Shown here: piece by piece, positions 61,331-64,000 of the stretch | How the letters are laid out: every line of letters begins with the position of its first letter | Position numbering within the stretch: position 1 is the first letter of the stretch | Notes under the pieces: model-generated | The model's database searches: none | What the model was told of the DNA's origin: nothing | What the model saw: only the letters and a program-made list of their open reading frames with translations | DNA from: Chromera velia | Lineage: Eukaryota | Length of the DNA stretch: 64,000 bases | Direction: 5' to 3' | Assembly (NCBI GenBank): GCA_018398765.1 | Contig: JAHBMJ010000377.1 | Location: 62,001 to 126,000 of the forward strand | Made by a program: the position numbers and the translations under genes

Positions 61331-61794
61331 AAGACGCTAGGGACGTTGCTCTCCCAATCTGTTGCCTCCAGCCGTTTGGCTTATTCCGTTTGGTGAATTG
61401 AAATAAAAGGTTTGACTTCCAACTGCATTCATCCGCATATGGACTTTCTGCAGCTGCGTTCCCCATTGATGGGAGGTCCCGAATTGGGCACAGGGGGGAC
61501 CATCCCCGGTAGGTGTATGTCCTCTCTGGGGGGTGTCTGTTTGTATGCGTCCTGTTTTGTCATGTTTTGTCCATCTTCTTTTCTCAGCCGCACAGGCATT
61601 CTGGCATTTCTCAAAGCTCACGAGATTCCTTCTGGTACGGTAACCTTCTATTTGAGACCTGGAAGACAAGAAAGAAGAAGAGAGACACAAAGAAGAAAGG
61701 TTTTTCCTGCTTAAGCCCTGAAAGAGAAAACAGAAGAAGAAAAGAAAAGAAAAGTCTTTTCTGTGTGCGTCCTGGGCTTTCACGATCCTGTCCG

Positions 61795-61870
61795 TCATCT
61801 CTCTCTCTCTCTCTCCCCCTCTCTCTGTGCGGTTGGGTGTGCGTGTCTTTGTGTGTGGTGTGTGTGTGGT

Positions 61871-61916
<46 letters not shown>

Positions 61917-62095
61917 GTGTGTGTGGTGTGTGTGTTCGTGTGTGTGTGGTGGTGTGTGTATGTGTGTGTGTGTGTATGTGTTCTTGTGTGTGTGTTCTTG
62001 TGTGTGTGTATGTGTGTGTGTTCTTGTGTGTGTGTGTGTGTGTGTGCGTGTGTATGTGTGTATGTGTGTGTGTGTGTATGTGTGTGTGTGTGTGG
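61795..62095. repeat. (CT)n / degenerate (GT)n microsatellite
   Basis: Directly visible. Confidence 0.95.
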
Positions 62096-64000
62096 ACTGA
62101 ACACAGTGGTATTCGTATGGTTCTCAAAAGTTGGTGAACAGAGAGAGGAGAAGTGCGCTTCCGACCTGAGTAAGGTTACATCGCTGATTTCAAAGGTAGG
62201 TGGCGGCCTCAACAAATTGCAAATCAAGAATACTGGCAGGGCCTGTGGTCCTACCCCAACAGCCCCCTCACCCATCCACCCACCACTCAAGCAAACCACA
62301 GCCCTTCGTTAACCGATCGGTCAGTACCCACCACATACGAACAACGGTTGCCAATCGAGAAGAGTCACTTCAGGGGTATTGTCCCTCTTGGCCTCGACAG
62401 TTGCATGGGTCCTCTGGGCATAGCCTCTAGGGCGCAGTCCCCGTCTCCCGGCCCTATTGTCTGGCACTTAGAAAAGGTGCGTACAGTATTCTGATGAAAG
62501 TGCTGCTTATTGCGAGAAGCCCTGCAGCCAGTTTTTATCTTGCAAATTAAAAAAAAGTTTTGCATATTGGCAGGGCCTGTGGTATTTGAAAATAAAGGGA
62601 GGGGGGGTAGACATCCCATGGCCAGAGGCAATGTCCGAGGGGGCAGATTCACAGTGCCTTCAGCCATGTGTTGTAGGCACATCCGTCCATCGGAATGTCT
62701 ATCTGCCGCAGTGGGAAGGATCAGTCAGATAGTGAGAAGAAGGGGAACGGGAAGGAGAAGCATAGACGGCAGCAACCCGTCGGAGTCCATCCTGGGGGCT
62801 GCAAGGAGACTGCATGCTTTAACAGAGGTCCTCGTGCTAATCGAAGTCCTGCAGGCTTGACCTGTTTCTTTCCTGTCTGCTTTAGGATTGGCAGGGATAA
62901 TATGAAGCATGTTTGCTCGTTCGTCGTGTTGAATGGAGTGACTCTGCTTTTACCGTGTCTGCCTGACTGTCCTAGCTGTATGTCTAAAAGCCCATCTCCT
63001 TCCCAATCTGCAGGCCCCTTGAGGGTCCCTCTCTGGGGGAATCTGCCCGGCGCTTTGCCTTTGGAAAGGCGACAGGGCTCATCTACGCACTCTCAAAGTC
63101 AGTCAAGCAAGCAGGCAGGCTGACACAAAAAGAAAGAAAGAAAGAACAGTTAAGTCATGACGCACGTCTAAGAGGGGCATGTCCACCTTGGAGGCATTCG
63201 GGCTCCCTATGTCCCTTCCTCCGTCCCTGCAATTCCCCCCCCCTCTCTCTGTCTCTCTTCCCCCCCCCCCAACCCCCTTTCTCATACACAAACGATGTAG
63301 CTTGACGGTATGCGAATCTGCATGTGTCTGTGTTTTCATTGTGTATCTTTCCTTCCTTCGATCCCTCTCGCTCGATCCGACTGACTGATCCATCCATCCA
63401 TCCATCGCAGGAGTTTAATTTTTTTCGCTGGCAAGACCAATCCGAGGGACCTAGGCTTGCACGATCTGCAGAGAGTAGAGAAATCAATGCAAAAGTTTGC
63501 AGAGTCAGTCAGTAATTCAGTGGTTCAAAAGCCAATTTAATTATCTTCTTTTGCTTCTATGGACGATTTTCTTTTTTTGCTCTCTTCCAAAAAGCTCCCG
63601 TACTTGTTTTCACAAGAAAAAGTGTAAGGTCTCAAGAGAGAGAAAGCCAACGTTCCTCAATAACATGTGCAGAAAGGTCATGAATGGACCAACACGATGA
63701 GTTACCCTTCTTCTGTGATGCGCCACTTGCACAATGCGCTCTTACGGAATTGTGTTGTTGGGTTTTATCATAATTTTTATAGAAAAATTGGCCTCCCTCG
63801 AAATTGATTGTTTCAATCTCTCTTTCTCCCTCTCTCTCTGCCTCCCTCCCTCCCTCGCTTCCTCAGCATTTCGCAAAAGCGCATTGAGAATGGACCGGAC
63901 CACGATGACATCGCGGTTCTGAAGGAACTCAGAGCATAATTTCTGCAAATGCAAAAGTGAGTCAGTCGATCAGAAGGTAAACTGTACAGGAATTTCTCTC

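Noticed and set aside
60400..64000. Protein-coding genes in the last 3.6 kb
   Set aside because: Only short ORFs without recognisable motifs or a consistent exon chain.

Overview
Eukaryotic (protist) genomic DNA with spliceosomal introns, abundant microsatellites and frequent TGCATGCA motifs. The style resembles a chromerid/alveolate, which is inference only. Host genes: a partial NHL-repeat gene (-), an intronless F-box/LRR-like gene (+), a 5-exon ENA-type (P2D) Na+/K+ P-type ATPase (-), a 2-exon DUF6817-like gene (+) and a 6-exon PPPDE/DeSI isopeptidase (-). The centre (~20965-47188) is a ~26-kb A-B-A insertion, with A of ~8.8 kb present twice. It sits inside an intron of an Ariadne-type RBR E3 ligase gene, now a pseudogene split through its RING1 domain, and AGCC lies at both junctions. 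Unit A carries a decayed virus/plasmid-type replicase (Prim-Pol + PriCT-2 + D5/SF3 helicase). It also carries a decayed ORF that, rebuilt from the two copies, fuses a T5orf172-type GIY-YIG nuclease to a chromodomain. Segment B has an iteron-like GTGACA/TGTCAC array and a ~230-nt rod-like fold. No capsid, pPolB or integrase was recognised. The region is heavily mutated by C>T/G>A transitions and carries several nested TIR elements.
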